A program made the translations under genes and the position numbers. Below are positions 51,861 through 64,000 of a stretch of 64,000 nt of DNA, piece after piece. How positions within the stretch are numbered: position 1 is the stretch's first letter; the number at the start of each line of letters is the position of its first letter. The stretch spans positions 133,364,001 through 133,428,000 of the forward strand of contig NW_024704742.1 of NCBI RefSeq assembly GCF_018977255.1, read 5' to 3'. The notes under the pieces were generated by a model. The model saw nothing but the letters and a program-made list of their open reading frames with translations, was not told where the DNA came from and ran no database searches. Source of the stretch: Callorhinchus milii. Taxonomy: Eukaryota.

Positions 51861-52807
51861 AACATTGTTTCGCCCACAAAGTATACAATCAATTCACTTA
51901 AGGTATATCCTGTGAAGTGCTTTGAGACGTCTCGAAGTCGTGATAAGGCGCTGTATCAAATGCAAGAATTATTATTTTTATTAACACTGAAGATCATTCT
52001 TGTCACTCGCCCCTGCAGTGCCTGTGCAGCTCCCCCCTGTGGTGGCATCAGATATTGTACATAGTACTTCAGGTACATCCTGACCAGAACGTGGTAAAGC
52101 TAGAAAGTATATGAGGGTCAAGACACTAGGTCTGATTTTAAGAAGTAGCTTGATGCTGTGATGGGAGGACGGTAGTGTGGGTTCTGGAAGGATCAGATCA
52201 GCCAAAGGACCTTCTTCATTGGAACAATTCTTGTGCCTTCAGCCAGGGCAGCAGTTGAGGTGCTACAATTGGACTCAGGATTCTAAGATAATCAGCCAAA
52301 GTTCCTGTTCCTAATTGCTACTGCTGCCCTCCTCCTCTCCAACCTTTTCCCCCGACCCTGCAATGAAAGTGGCACACAAATGCTCGTACCCGGGTCAACA
52401 ATCCTCCAGATAAAATTAGGTCACTCACGACATGGCTGTTTGTGGTTGGCTGATGCATTTGCCTGCAAATAAACAATCACTGTTGACTCAATATGCTGGA
52501 TGTTAAACCCAAGGATTATTATTATAAATTGAGACTTTTGAAGTTTGATTCATTGAATTTGCTTCTTCTCTGCAGCTTGCCAGTAGAGGGAAGCATTGGA
52601 TAACTAGATGTCTGTATTTCACCTCTTAAAATGTTCCATGCTCATCTCTAGTTATTAGAGTGTAGCTCTGAAATATTCGACTTGTTATTCTCAATCCATC
52701 TGTTCAACCACATTGGTTCCTCCCTGGACTATGCAGAGGTGAAGGAGTGCAGCTTACAAAGAGGTGGATGAAACACACAACATTAGAGTGAGGATATCTA
52801 GTTATGT

Positions 52808-53110
52808 GGAACCCTATAGAGTAGTGGTTGGAGAGCTTGCCTTGCGAGCGAAAGGACCTGGATTTGGTTCCTGACCAGGGCAAAACCTTAGGCAAGATTC
52901 CTTACTCCACAGAAACGCCTCTGTTTACCTCGCAATAATAATACAGTCACTCAATCCACGACTATGTGTGGGACACTGCCATGTGCAATTGACTGCCACG
53001 TTTTGCCCACAAAACACACAGTCACTACACTTTACAGTGTAGTCTGTGAAGCACTTTGAAACGTCTCAAAGATATAATAAAGAGCTATATCAAATGCAAG
53101 GATTATTATG
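52808..53110 (+). mobile_element. SINE family A
   Basis: Head, aaaccttaggcaagattccttactccac and tail. Confidence 0.82.
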
Positions 53111-53454
53111 ACTATATATTGTAATAATCCTTGCTTTTGAAATAGCACCTTATCACGTCATCAAGACACTTCAAAGTGCTTCACAGGATATAACATAAAG
53201 TGAAGTGACTGTGTATTGTGTGGGCTAACTTGGAACATACCCATATTAATTTTAACAAATTATATTTTTTGTTTATTCTGAGTCATGTTTATCTATTTCA
53301 ACTATTAATTCTATTAAGTCTTCATCTCATTAGAAACTGAATAGTCTGATTATACATGATTATATAACTAACTGACTGACTAACTAACTAAACTAACCAA
53401 TGAGCTACATGTTGTGTAAATAAATATATTGGTGAGCATCACACTTCTTGCTCT

Positions 53455-53720
53455 CCTCTCCACTGCCTCTAGAGCCTGGGCAGCCACCTTTGGTCACAGC
53501 GACCAGAACTATAGGCAGTACTCCAGATGGTGCGCGACCAGAGCATTATAGTATGACATCTGGAGCTATGATCTCAACTGACTTGGCAATGTAGCGCAGC
53601 ATCCTGTTTGCCTTGATCAATGCTGCTCGTACAGTTTTGACATGGTAAGCAATGAGTCAATGAACATCTCCTCAATCTCCTTCAATTTCCCCCTGGCAAA
53701 TTCATCCCCATCCAAGGAGT
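53455..53720 (-). mobile_element. CR1 RT fragment
   Basis: Reverse strand encodes a YNALV..HLEYCL.FWS-like motif (frameshifted) and KANRMLRYIAKS. Confidence 0.7.
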
Positions 53721-55054
53721 TCATTTTCTTACATCATTAGTGAATTAATTCAGCCTTGCTCCATTGCACAAATGGAGGAATAAATAAAACTGTACCTTGG
53801 CACTCGTTCCAGTGCCAAAGAGGGAAAAAAACTCTTTGAATATCAAATTTATTATTTTGTTAACTGTATTATGTTAGCATGATAGTGACAAAGTGAATAT
53901 CCTTTGTCCATAGAGTCAATTAATCTGAAGTAAGCACATTGGAAAATCACAGTGCTTTATACTGTACATAAATACAACATAGAGCAAAGGGAGTAAGTCA
54001 CATGTAAGGAGAAAGTAATTAACTAAAGTTGTCACAATACTCTCAGACGAACTATGCTTTATAGCTCTTGGGAAATGCATTCAATTATCAAATGCTGGTG
54101 ATTTAGTTGCATTGAATTCTACATGGTACATGAACTTTAATGAGGTTTGCATCCAATTCTGATTCTGAATAGGAAAGGCAATTTGTGATAAGAATTTCTG
54201 CTTTTCCATTCTCTCCGTTTGATATTTGCTCAGCTGCCAGCACCAGACAGGTGTCAGCCTGGCTCATGCATCTGAATCCGAAGGTTGGGGATTCAAACCC
54301 GGGGCTTGATGCTCCAATACAGTGCTGGGTGTTCAAGGAAATCTCCTCATCGAATACTCAGCTTTCGAACAGTGTTATTGCATCTGTAACATTCAACTGA
54401 ACAGGCATAGATAAGGCATAGATAAGACCTTGGTTTAATGTTTCATTCGAAAAAACCACATTCGACAATACAGCAACCAACCCCCCCCCGGGACTGCATT
54501 CTCAACCTACACTATGAACGTCAAATGCTGGTGATTTATTTGTAGGGTGTCAATACACACCTGACCCAATGGGCCACCAGGCGAACCAGGCTGAACCTCA
54601 AGTTTTAAGCCAATTTTGTTAAGATTAAAACCATTCGAGATTTTGGGCATCACATTTTTGATCCCTGTCCTTCCCTTCATTTCTTCCAATTCATGTTGAT
54701 GATTAAAACTTTTAGTTGATTGTTAATAAGTCTCAAAGAATGGTTTTGCTCTATTTTGATGATGCTTTGGCTCTTTAACCGACCTGGGCTGAAACTCTCT
54801 GAGCTTAGGTGAGTGTCTCCAGGGAGAGAGTAGAATCCCAGTGCAAGAGAAATGAAAATCTCCTCAAACACGTGGAACTATCGATAATGTGGTTTGGAGG
54901 CTGTGAAATATGATGATCGATTCAATCTTAACTTTCTGTACCTCTTGAAACAATGTGATAAGATGTCAGCCGAGCTCACTTGAGTGCTACCAACTGAGCT
55001 AGGCTGACACCTTATCAATTTCTTTCAAGAGCTACAGAAAATTAGCTTCAAAGT

Positions 55055-55497
55055 TAACAACAACAACAACAAGGTTCCATTTATAGAGCGCCTTTCACAT
55101 CGGGAGGAAGTCCCAAGGCGCTGTACAGTTGGGTCGGGACGCGAGCAGGGGGGAAATGGTCAGGGTGAGGGGAGGGAAGGGAAGGAGCGAGGAAGGGGTA
55201 GAGAGTCGAGAGGGGAGCTGAAGGCACGGTCAAAGAGAAAGGTCTTGAGACCGGCCTTGAAGGAGGAAAGGGAGGAGGCGGCGAAGGCACTGGGGGATGG
55301 AGTTCCAGAGCCTCGGGGCTGAGAGGCTGAAGGCCCGACCACCGATGGTAGGGCGGTTGGGGTGGGGAATGTGGAGCAGACCGGAGCCAGAGGAACGGAG
55401 GTTATGGGCAGGTAGGTAGGGGGATAGTAAGTCGGAGAGGTAGGAGGGAGCAAGGCCGTGAATGGCCTTGTAGGTGAGGATGAGGATCTTGAATTCG
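55055..55497 (-). mobile_element. L2 3' fragment, same subfamily as 27846 and 38664
   Basis: Close reverse-complement match to 28305-28745, with a (CAA)n tail. Confidence 0.92.
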
Positions 55498-56039
55498 AGT
55501 TAAGACCAAATGCATCACCATATTTTATTATGTTGCACTTTTTGCATCTTTAAACCACATTTCGGAGAATTACACATATTTGTGGAGATTTCCGATGTGG
55601 GTGTAAACGGATCTTGAGCTCACTTAATCCATGCTGGAGATGCCATCCTTCAGATGAGACATTGAACTGAGGTCCTGTTGAGGTGGGTGTTAAAAATCCA
55701 ATGGCATTATTTAAAAGGGAGTTTCTTCCCCCAGAAATAATTGATCATTCTCTACATGCCTATTGCTGTGCACAAATTGGCTGCCACATTTGCTTACAAA
55801 TACAGAGTTATTACATTTTACAGTAATTCCTGTGAAGCACTTTGAGATGTCATGATGACTTGGTAAGGTGCAATATCAAATGTAATATTATTCATTTTAT
55901 TACTGTTATGATTATCGCTGATTGTCTTGTGAAATCAATGCAAGGTAGCGGTTTTTGAAACGTCATATTTCAATTGAACGAAAATAACAAAATGAGAAGC
56001 CAAAATATATTAAATTAATAATCCTTGCAAATAATATAA

Positions 56040-56362
56040 TAAATAATAATAATCCTTGCATTTAATATAGCACCTTATCACATCTTCGAGACGTCTCAAA
56101 GCGCTTCACAGAATATACTGTAAAGTGAATTTTGTGGGTGAAACGTGGCAGCCAATTGTGCACAGCAGTGTGTCCCACAAACAATCGTGGATTGAAGTGA
56201 GCAATTTTGTTTTTTAAGGAATTATTACCGCCAGAAAAAAGATCTGCCAATCGACTAACAACCGGGTTCCTACTTATTGTTAGGCAAACAGGAGAGTGTG
56301 GAGTAAGGAAACTTCTCTAAGGTTTTACCCTGTCCAGGAATTGAATCCAGATCTTCTCTCTT
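56040..56362 (-). mobile_element. SINE family A
   Basis: Tail and body through aggaattgaatccag. Confidence 0.85.
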
Positions 56363-57716
56363 GCCAGTGCTGTCCAGTACCTTGGGACGTCCTCCCAACA
56401 CGAATGGTGCTATATAAATGCAAATTTATTGTTGTCCTTGAAGAGCATTATGAACAACCCCCTGATGTGAAAGGCGAGGTATCAAACCATTGCCAGGACG
56501 AATAATATAATTTAAGGCAACCGCCTACATCAGAGAGAACTGAATTCATGCAGAGTGTGTGGGTGTTGAGCAACATTTGGGATTACAATACAATTTACAT
56601 TGATATAATGCCTTTCATGTGAGATAGACGTCTCCAAGTATCTCAAATGAATTCAATGAAAAGGCATGGGGTATGGGACTGGTTTGTTTCTGCTATTATT
56701 CATTTGATGACTAGTTTGTTTTGCTGTGATCGTGCATAAAAATGCTAGTTAAATTCCAAAAGTGACTTCCAACTGTTTTTGTCTCTGGTTGCCACCTAAC
56801 CACCATCATCTCTCATGATAACCAATATTTTTCAAACTCTACTGTATAATAAAATTGTACTTCTGAACAAAACTGTACTTCGGAACAAGGTATACTTTAT
56901 CATTCAAAAATATATGGGTAAATAATGTCACAGATCTCCTCGCTGGGAAGATAACTAAGAGGTTGCAGTAGAGCATTTAAACTGATATGGCAGAGGTTGG
57001 GGTGGGGTGGGTGGGGGGTAAACAGAATGCAACACTGAGGTAGAGTGGGGGGATACAGACATGCAGAACATCAAATAACTTTAATTGGCATAGTCGAGAA
57101 GAGAGGAGATGAACAGAATTTAAATACTCAGGCGTATGAGCAAAAATGAACAATAGAAAGTATTGCTTTAACGTCTCATCCAAAGGACGGCACCTCTAAC
57201 AATGCAGTGCTCCACCAGGCTTAGTACTGGAGTATCAGCTTAGACTGGTTTGGTTCAAAGTCCCAACATGGTTTTGAGCCCACAACCTTCAGACTCAGAG
57301 GTGAGAGTGCTCCCAGCTGAGCCAGGCCAATTGACACCTACATCCTACAGACATGTCAAATAGCATAACAAGACAGCGACATATGATAGATGCACGGGTA
57401 TATCTTGCTCATCTTTTGAATTATTTTCACAAGAAAAACAATTAATTTAAGGATTGATAGAATCCTCCTGGATTTTGTGAAATTGCAATTTAATTGTGAA
57501 AAACTCTACGAAAGTGATTATCTTTATGCCGTTTTCAATTAATAACTCAATACCACTTGTGTGAAAGTGTTGATATGCAGACTATATTCTTACATTAGTG
57601 ACTCCAGACAAGTAACTAAACCCACGGCAGGCCTCTCAATATGTTGGGATTGGGTTCAACGACAATGCAAGTAAAAGATTATTACTGAATTTCTAATAAC
57701 TCATTATTTTGCCCTT

Positions 57717-58088
57717 GTGGAGTCCTGTGGCTTAGTGGCTAGAGCTCTCGCTTCGCAACCGAGAGGACCTGGGTTCGATTCCTGACAGGGTGAAACTTTA
57801 GGCAAGTTTCCTTACTCCGCACGCCTCTGTTTACCTCGCAGTAAATAGAAACTCTGTTGTTTGTTGATTAGCAGATCGCTTTTCCGGGGGTAATAATCCC
57901 TTAAAAACAATAATAATAATTTGGTCAGTCATTCCATGACTGTTTGTGGGACACTGCTGTGTGCAATTGGCTGCCCCATTTCAATATATATGGTCAATTC
58001 ACTTTACAGTATATTCTGTGAAGCGCTTTGAGATTCTCGAAGATGTAATAAGGTGCTATATCAAATGCAAGTATGATTATTATTATTA
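57717..58088 (+). mobile_element. SINE family A, full-length long form
   Basis: A-box, B-box gggttcgattcc, body and tail. Confidence 0.9.
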
Positions 58089-58299
58089 AGGTTATGAATA
58101 CCCATTTTAATGCCCACAGTTCACCCTTCATTTCAGCTATTTTCTTGTTGGGACTACCAGCACAACCAAGTATATCGTCAGGGCAGGCAGTAATTCTTCT
58201 CAGCTCCTGTTAACACTGCAAGCCAAAGCCCTAATGGTGAGCTTGGTTGTAGCTAGACAAGCAGCAGGAAAGCTTGCCAGACAGTGCTATCAATTTACA

Positions 58300-58520
58300 G
58301 GCTATGCGGCTTTAGCTGATTAGACTGAGCAGTACCCCAATGCACAGTCTGGGGTGTCCAAGCCTTGGCTCTTGTCAACCTTCCGGAATACTTTCCGGAA
58401 TTAGACAAGCAGGATGCATGCAAAGAGCGCGCATTCCATTCCGACAATCTGTCTGTGGAATTTCCGTGTGTAGGTGGGACGCATGGAATTCACATTTGGG
58501 TTTGGATACTCCTAAGCACT
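58300..58520. repeat. Family C repeat
   Basis: ggctatgcggctttagctgattagact...ccggaattag...gcgcgcattccattcc...ggttttggatac. Confidence 0.8.
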
Positions 58521-58728
58521 GGAGTGTCACCCGAGACTGTGAGTTCAAAGTTCTGACTTGGGGCTTGAACCCGCAAGGTTCTGACTCAGAGGTGAGAGTA
58601 GGGCTGAGCAGGGCTGATACCATCTATAATGGTGTGAATATCTGGGACACTGGCCCCAATATCTAGAAGTTCAATTCACAGCTAGCCCTAACTTGGCTGA
58701 ACTGACAGAGGAGGCAAATAGATCAGGT

Positions 58729-59112
58729 AATAATAATAATAATCCTTTCATTTGATATATCGCCTTATCATGTTCTTGAGATGTCTTAAAGCGCTTCACA
58801 GAATATACTGCAAAGTGAATTGACTGTATATTTTGTGGGTGAAACACTGCAGCCAATCGCGCACAGCAGTGTCCCACAAACAGTTGTGAATTTAGTGACC
58901 AATTTATTATTTTTTAAATTTATTTTTGGAAGGAATTATTACCTCCGGAAAAGCAATCCATCAATCGACTAACAACCGGGTTCCTACTTACTCCTAGATA
59001 AACAGAGGCGTGTGGAGTAAGGAAATTTGCCCAACATTTCACCCTGTCCGGAATCGATCCCAGGTCTCTCGCTTGCGAGGCGAGTGCTCTAACCATTGAG
59101 CTAAAGGACTAC
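58729..59112 (-). mobile_element. SINE family A, full-length long form
   Basis: Complete reverse-complement copy ending gagtgctctaaccattgagctaaaggact. Confidence 0.9.
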
Positions 59113-59296
59113 AGATCTTGGAGAATCAGCAACCAAAGTCCCACTCTATTATTGTGCTCCCACCAGCCAACCTTTCTATTGGTTGTGAGGTGTCTACTCA
59201 CGTGACAGTTGCACCCTACTGTTGTGTCACCATAGAAATAAAAGCCAAAATTAATGAGCCTAGATAGCTTACAACATGAAATTCAAATGTGCTCAT

Positions 59297-59563
59297 ATTT
59301 TTTGGTCAGGCAAAAGTGTCTTAACGCATGCAGAAACCCTTCACCATGCTTAAAAATGTCCAAACCACCAGACTTAGGGTTCCATTCAAGCCACCTACAC
59401 ATGGAAATTCCCCTTGTTTGGAACGAAATGGGCTCTCTTTCTCCCCAGATGGTCGTATCCTGCTTACCCAAAAGCGGAGAGTATTAGGCTCAGGTTGTCA
59501 AGAGCAAAGGCTTGTGGACCGTACTGGTGTACGGTTGCAGTTTAACCAGCTAAAACTGCATAG
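59297..59563. repeat. Family C repeat
   Basis: ttttttggtcagg...gcagaaaccc...gtattaggctcagg...aaccagctaaaactgcatag. Confidence 0.8.
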
Positions 59564-60239
59564 GTTGCCATTCCAAGCATTGCCTGGCAAATGAGCTTGT
59601 AAATTACAGCGTGTTCATTCCCAGAATTTTACTGTCTGTGTCGATTACATCTTCGAGTCATTTGGGAAGCGAAACATATGGATTAAATCAAAAAAGTATC
59701 TGTTATATTGAGATTTGCAATGGTATAAACATTGGATTTGATATAGCGCTTTATCACATCATTGAGATGTGTCAAAGCACTTCACAGGATTTACTGTAAA
59801 ATGTATCGACTGTGTATTTGTGGCAAATGCAGCAGACGATTTGCATACAAGATGTGCACTTCTGGTTTAGCATGCTCACCTTCTTCGTGATGAAATTTTA
59901 AAACAAGGTCCCATCTGCCTGTTCTGGTGGATGTTAAAGATTCCCGTGGCACTATTCAAAAAGTGAAAGCAGTTTCTAGTGGTGTCCTGGCCAACAATCC
60001 TCTTGATAAATATTGATCATTCACTACATAGTTGTTTGTCGGACATCGTTGTGTGTAAATTTGATGCCGTGTTTGCCTACAAAACACACAGTCACTGCAT
60101 TTTACAATAAATCCTGTAAAGCTCTTTGAGATTTCTCGACAATGTGAAAGGTTCTGTATCAAAAGCAAGGATTGTCATTATTATTAAACTGGGTAAAGGC
60201 AGCACCAACAGTGAATTACGTATCAGAATCATTTTTTTT

Positions 60240-61230
60240 TAAATACTTGCTTTTGATACAGCTCCTTATCACATTGTTGTGACATCTCAAAAGGCTTTGC
60301 AAGGTTTACTATGGAACATAGTGACCGTGTATTTGTAGGTGCATATGGCAGCCAAATTGCACACAGCAACGTCTCGCAACAACCAATGAACTGAGTGACT
60401 GATTTTGGGTGGAGATTACACACAGGAAGAAACTCTCTTCCCTTGTCGAACAGCGCCGTGGGATCTTTACTGTCCACCTGCATAGGCGACTAGGACCTTG
60501 GTTTAACATCTCATCCATGCAATCCACTCTCAGCACTGCTTCAAGTCCCGCTCACTTCCTGCCCCACCATCGGAGGTTGGGCATTCAGCATCTCTGCCCC
60601 AACACTCTGGAACTTTATCCCAGAATCTCTCCGCTTCACCCGACCTCTTGCTTCCTTCAAGTCCTGTCTAAATACCTTCTTCTTATACCGTGCATTCAGC
60701 CACCATGCCATTCCCACCCCTCCTGACTCCAAAAATCCCTGACTGTCCAGCACCCTGGGATGTCTTCCCGGTGTGAAAGGTGCTGTACAAGTGTAATTTG
60801 TTGTTGCATTGGAATGTCAGCATAGAATGTGGGTTCAAAGTCCTGACATGGGTCCTGTAGCTCAGTGCTTAGAGCACTCGCTTTGCAAGTGAGAGACCTG
60901 AGTTCAATTCCAGGGCAAAACCTTGGGCAAGTTTCCTTACTCCACACAGAGCCTAATAATAATCCCTTCAAAAACCAAAAACAATAATAAAAATTGGTCA
61001 TTTTCAAACTACGACTGTTTGTGGGACATTGCTGTGCGCAATTGGCTGCCGCGTTCGCTCACAAAATATGCAGTCAATTCACTTTACAGTGTGTTCTGTG
61101 AAGCGCTTTGGGACGTCCTCCCGACGTGAAAAGCGCTATATCAAATGCAAGGATTATTATTATTATTATTATTGAACCCACAACTTTATGAGTCAGAGGC
61201 GAGAGAGAATTATCAACAGAACCAGGCTGA
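60240..61230 (-). mobile_element. Deu-domain SINE host containing an L2 fragment (~60535-60806, +) and a short SINE-A (60850-61173, +)
   Basis: Host pieces 60240-60535, 60806-60850 and 61174-61230 join into one family B copy. Confidence 0.8.
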
Positions 61231-61549
61231 AATTTGGAATTATTTTGCAATCAAAGCCTGAGTTAAAATAGTTGTTTCAGCTGCGGCAGAAGTCAAAGCT
61301 ATAATTGGCTATCATTGGCAGCCTGGGGTCAGGCAGTTCAAGACGTGCAGTGCAAGACGTACAGGGTAAGACGAGCTTGGCTACAGGTGCTTTTTGAAGT
61401 AAATATTAATGAAGCTAATTTAATGGATTTCCTGAGCCTAATTCCTGAGAAGTGATTAAATGCATAGTTTAAAAACCAGTCACAGCCCCAGATTGCATTT
61501 GTACCACTTTCACAGCGCGAGTTGAAAGAAAAAGTATTTTTACAGAAAC

Positions 61550-62095
61550 CTGGAAGAGGACATAGACAGACTGGTAAAATGGGCAGACACATGACAGATG
61601 AAGTTTAATGTGGAGAAATACAAAGTGATGCCTTTCGGGAGGAAGAATGAGGAGAGGCAATATAAGCTGATGGTAGAATCTTAAAGGGGGTGAAGGAACA
61701 GAGAGACCTGGGGTTCATATAAGTAAAAATTTGAAGGTGGCAGGACAGGTAAATAAAGTTGTTAAGAAAGCATATGGGATACTAGGCTTTCTTTATAAAT
61801 AGGGGTATAGAATACAAAAGTCAGGAAGTTATGATGAACATAAGTCTCAGCTGGAGACTGTGTTCAGTTCTGGGGACCACACTTTAGGAAGGATGTCAAG
61901 GCATTGTAGAGGGTGCCAAGGAGATTTACCAGGATGGTACCAGGACTGAGGGACTTCAGTTATCAGGAGAGGCTAGAGAAGCCAGGATTATTCTGCTTGG
62001 AGCAGAGAAGGTTAAGAGGAGACTCAATAGAAGTTTTCAAAATGATGACGGATTCGATAGGGTGAACAAGGAGAAACTTTTTCCACTGGCAGGCG
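61550..62095 (+). mobile_element. CR1 LINE RT C-terminal fragment
   Basis: WADT.QMKFNVEKYKVMPFGRKN, KEQRDLGV, RGIEYKS and RRFTRMVPGLRDFSYQERLEKPGLFCLEQRRLRGDSIEVFKM across frames. Confidence 0.9.
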
Positions 62096-63424
62096 GGTCG
62101 GTTTAATTCTATGATTATATGATTGGCAAGCTACCGCGCATAGTTATGAGGTGAATGGTCAATTCGTCTAGACATTGGAGAAATACGTGTATTTTGAAGT
62201 CATTTAATGTTGGCAACAATAATTTATATACCTATATAGCACCTTTCATGTCAGGAGGATGTCTCAAGGTGCTTCACGCAATAGTCTCACCTGGAGGGAG
62301 GGGGTGGGGGTTAAGGCGGCCGAAAACACAGCAAAGAAATATGTCTTAAATTGGGTTTAAGATGTAGAGGGAAGGGTCAAGGCTGACGGATGGAGCTCCA
62401 GAAAGCTCAGGGGTTAAAATAGTTGAAAGCAATCAAACGATAATGGGCGGATTGTTCATGGGACATGAAGCAGGCTGGTGTTTGCTTTTATATAAACTGC
62501 ACAGGTCAAACCTTCACGAAAGAGCAAGGTTACAATGATAGTCAATTCACTTCACTGTATATTCTGTGAAGCACCTGCAATAATAACAATAATCCTTGCA
62601 TTTGATATAGCATTTGATATCAATGATGTGATAGACTGATGTGATAGTCGATAGAGTTTACAATATATCCTATGAAGTGCTTTGAAACATTTATTTATAG
62701 CACTTGTTTGGGTGCTGAGTTTCGCACACAAAATATATACAGTCAATACAGTAATATACTCTACAGTATATTTGGGTGAAACGTTTTGAGATGTCTCAAC
62801 GATTGTGTCCGCTCTTAAATGTCTCTTTTTTGAAAAAAAGAGCCAAAGCTAGCCATCTATCCTGATAGCAACACAACCACAACAACTTGCATTTATATAG
62901 CACCCCTCACGCAGGGTAGAGTCCCAGAACGATTGACGGAGTGGTGGAGCACAACTCCACTGTCAAGCGCTCTGGGATGTCAGCCCTGGTATCATTCAAG
63001 TAAACCTAGAAAAAGGCTGGTTAGAGCCCAGGCCTGGGGAACATTTCATGGCTCGGGAGAGTCTAAAGCAAATAACTAGGCAGATGGGCAGATTCAGAGG
63101 GACACCTGTGGGGGACATTCAGATCCGAATACCAGGATCAAAACATAATCCCTTTCAATACATATAATGAATAAAAGTTAATTAGAAAAAAAATGTAACA
63201 GTCGGGTTCAATTTAACGTCTGCTATTCTCTATGCTTTTCAACTGAGCAGGTGAAATTGAACTGATTTCTGACAGTGTGTGATCTCTAATAAAATCAAGC
63301 AGAGTGTAAAATTATTGCCTGTGGGATTGTTTAAGTTCCTGTTTGCTATTCGCTGGTATGTATTAACTCCTCTTCTGATAATAGGAGTTGACATAAAAAA
63401 AATAATCCTTGCATTTGAGGTTGA

Positions 63425-64000
63425 GAAGATGACTCAAAACACTTTGTAATAATAATCCTTGCATTTGATGATAGCGCCTTATCATGTCATTGAGATGTCT
63501 CAAGGCGCTTTACAGAATATACTGTATACTGTAGTGGATTGTGGGCGAAACTCGGCAGCGAATAGCATCCCACAAACAATCGTGGATTGAGTGATCACAT
63601 TTTTTTTTGGAGGGATTATTACCCCCGGAAAGCGATCTACCATTCGAATAACAATGGGTTCTTACTTACAACAACAACTTGGATTTATACAGCGCCCTCC
63701 ACACCGGACGATGTCTCAGAGCGCTTCACAATAACGGATCCCGGGGCCGAGCCAGGGGGAGGGGGAAGAAGGTGACCAAAGGCGTGGTCGAAAAGTAAGG
63801 TCTTCAGCCGAGACCTGAAAGTAGGAAGAGAGGGGGCGAGGCGAAGGGAGTGAGGAAGGCAGTTCTAGAGCCTCTGGATGTAATGGCTGAAGGCACGACT
63901 GCCAATGGTGGAGCGGAGGATTCGGGGGACAAGGAGGAGGCCAGACCTACTTACTGCTAGGTGAAGAGAGGCGTGTGGAGTAAGGAAACATGCTTAAGGT
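63425..64000 (-). mobile_element. SINE family A interrupted by an L2 3' fragment (~63670-63946, -) of the 39675 subfamily
   Basis: The host ttacttac/ctacttac motif occurs on both sides of the insert, which matches 39685-39962. Confidence 0.85.

Noticed and set aside
54545..54600. Collagen-like PNGPPGEPG peptide (possible C1QTNF3-type neighbour exon)
   Set aside because: Only three triplets, bounded by in-frame TGA stops, and no match to a sequence I recognise.
57717..57790. tRNA-Ala genes (here and at other family A heads)
   Set aside because: These are SINE heads continuous with SINE bodies, with no proper acceptor stem or terminator.

Overview
Vertebrate genomic DNA, most likely from a cartilaginous fish (inferred from SacSINE1/Deu-domain-like SINEs, abundant L2 and CR1 LINE debris, and shark-type Penelope pseudo-LTR fragments). 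The only protein-coding gene I can support is the 5' end of RAI14 (ankycorbin) on the minus strand. It has a probable non-coding exon 1 ending at a GTGAGT donor (exon edge 15874), then an 84-nt exon 2 (12936-12853) encoding MKSLKAKFRKSD with a short uORF upstream; intron 2 runs off the left end. The promoter is sandwiched between a ~1.85-kb polypyrimidine tract in intron 1 and a ~3.9-kb 12/13-nt minisatellite immediately upstream. The remaining ~44 kb appears intergenic and is dominated by two tail-sharing tRNA-derived SINE families, L2 and CR1 fragments (one nearly complete but decayed L2 ORF2), an unclassified ~280-nt repeat (7 copies), and two Penelope-like insertions with target-site duplications. 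One of these retains an apparently intact minimal hammerhead ribozyme. All long ORFs in the supplied track are repeat artefacts or LINE remnants. Repeat boundaries are by-eye estimates.
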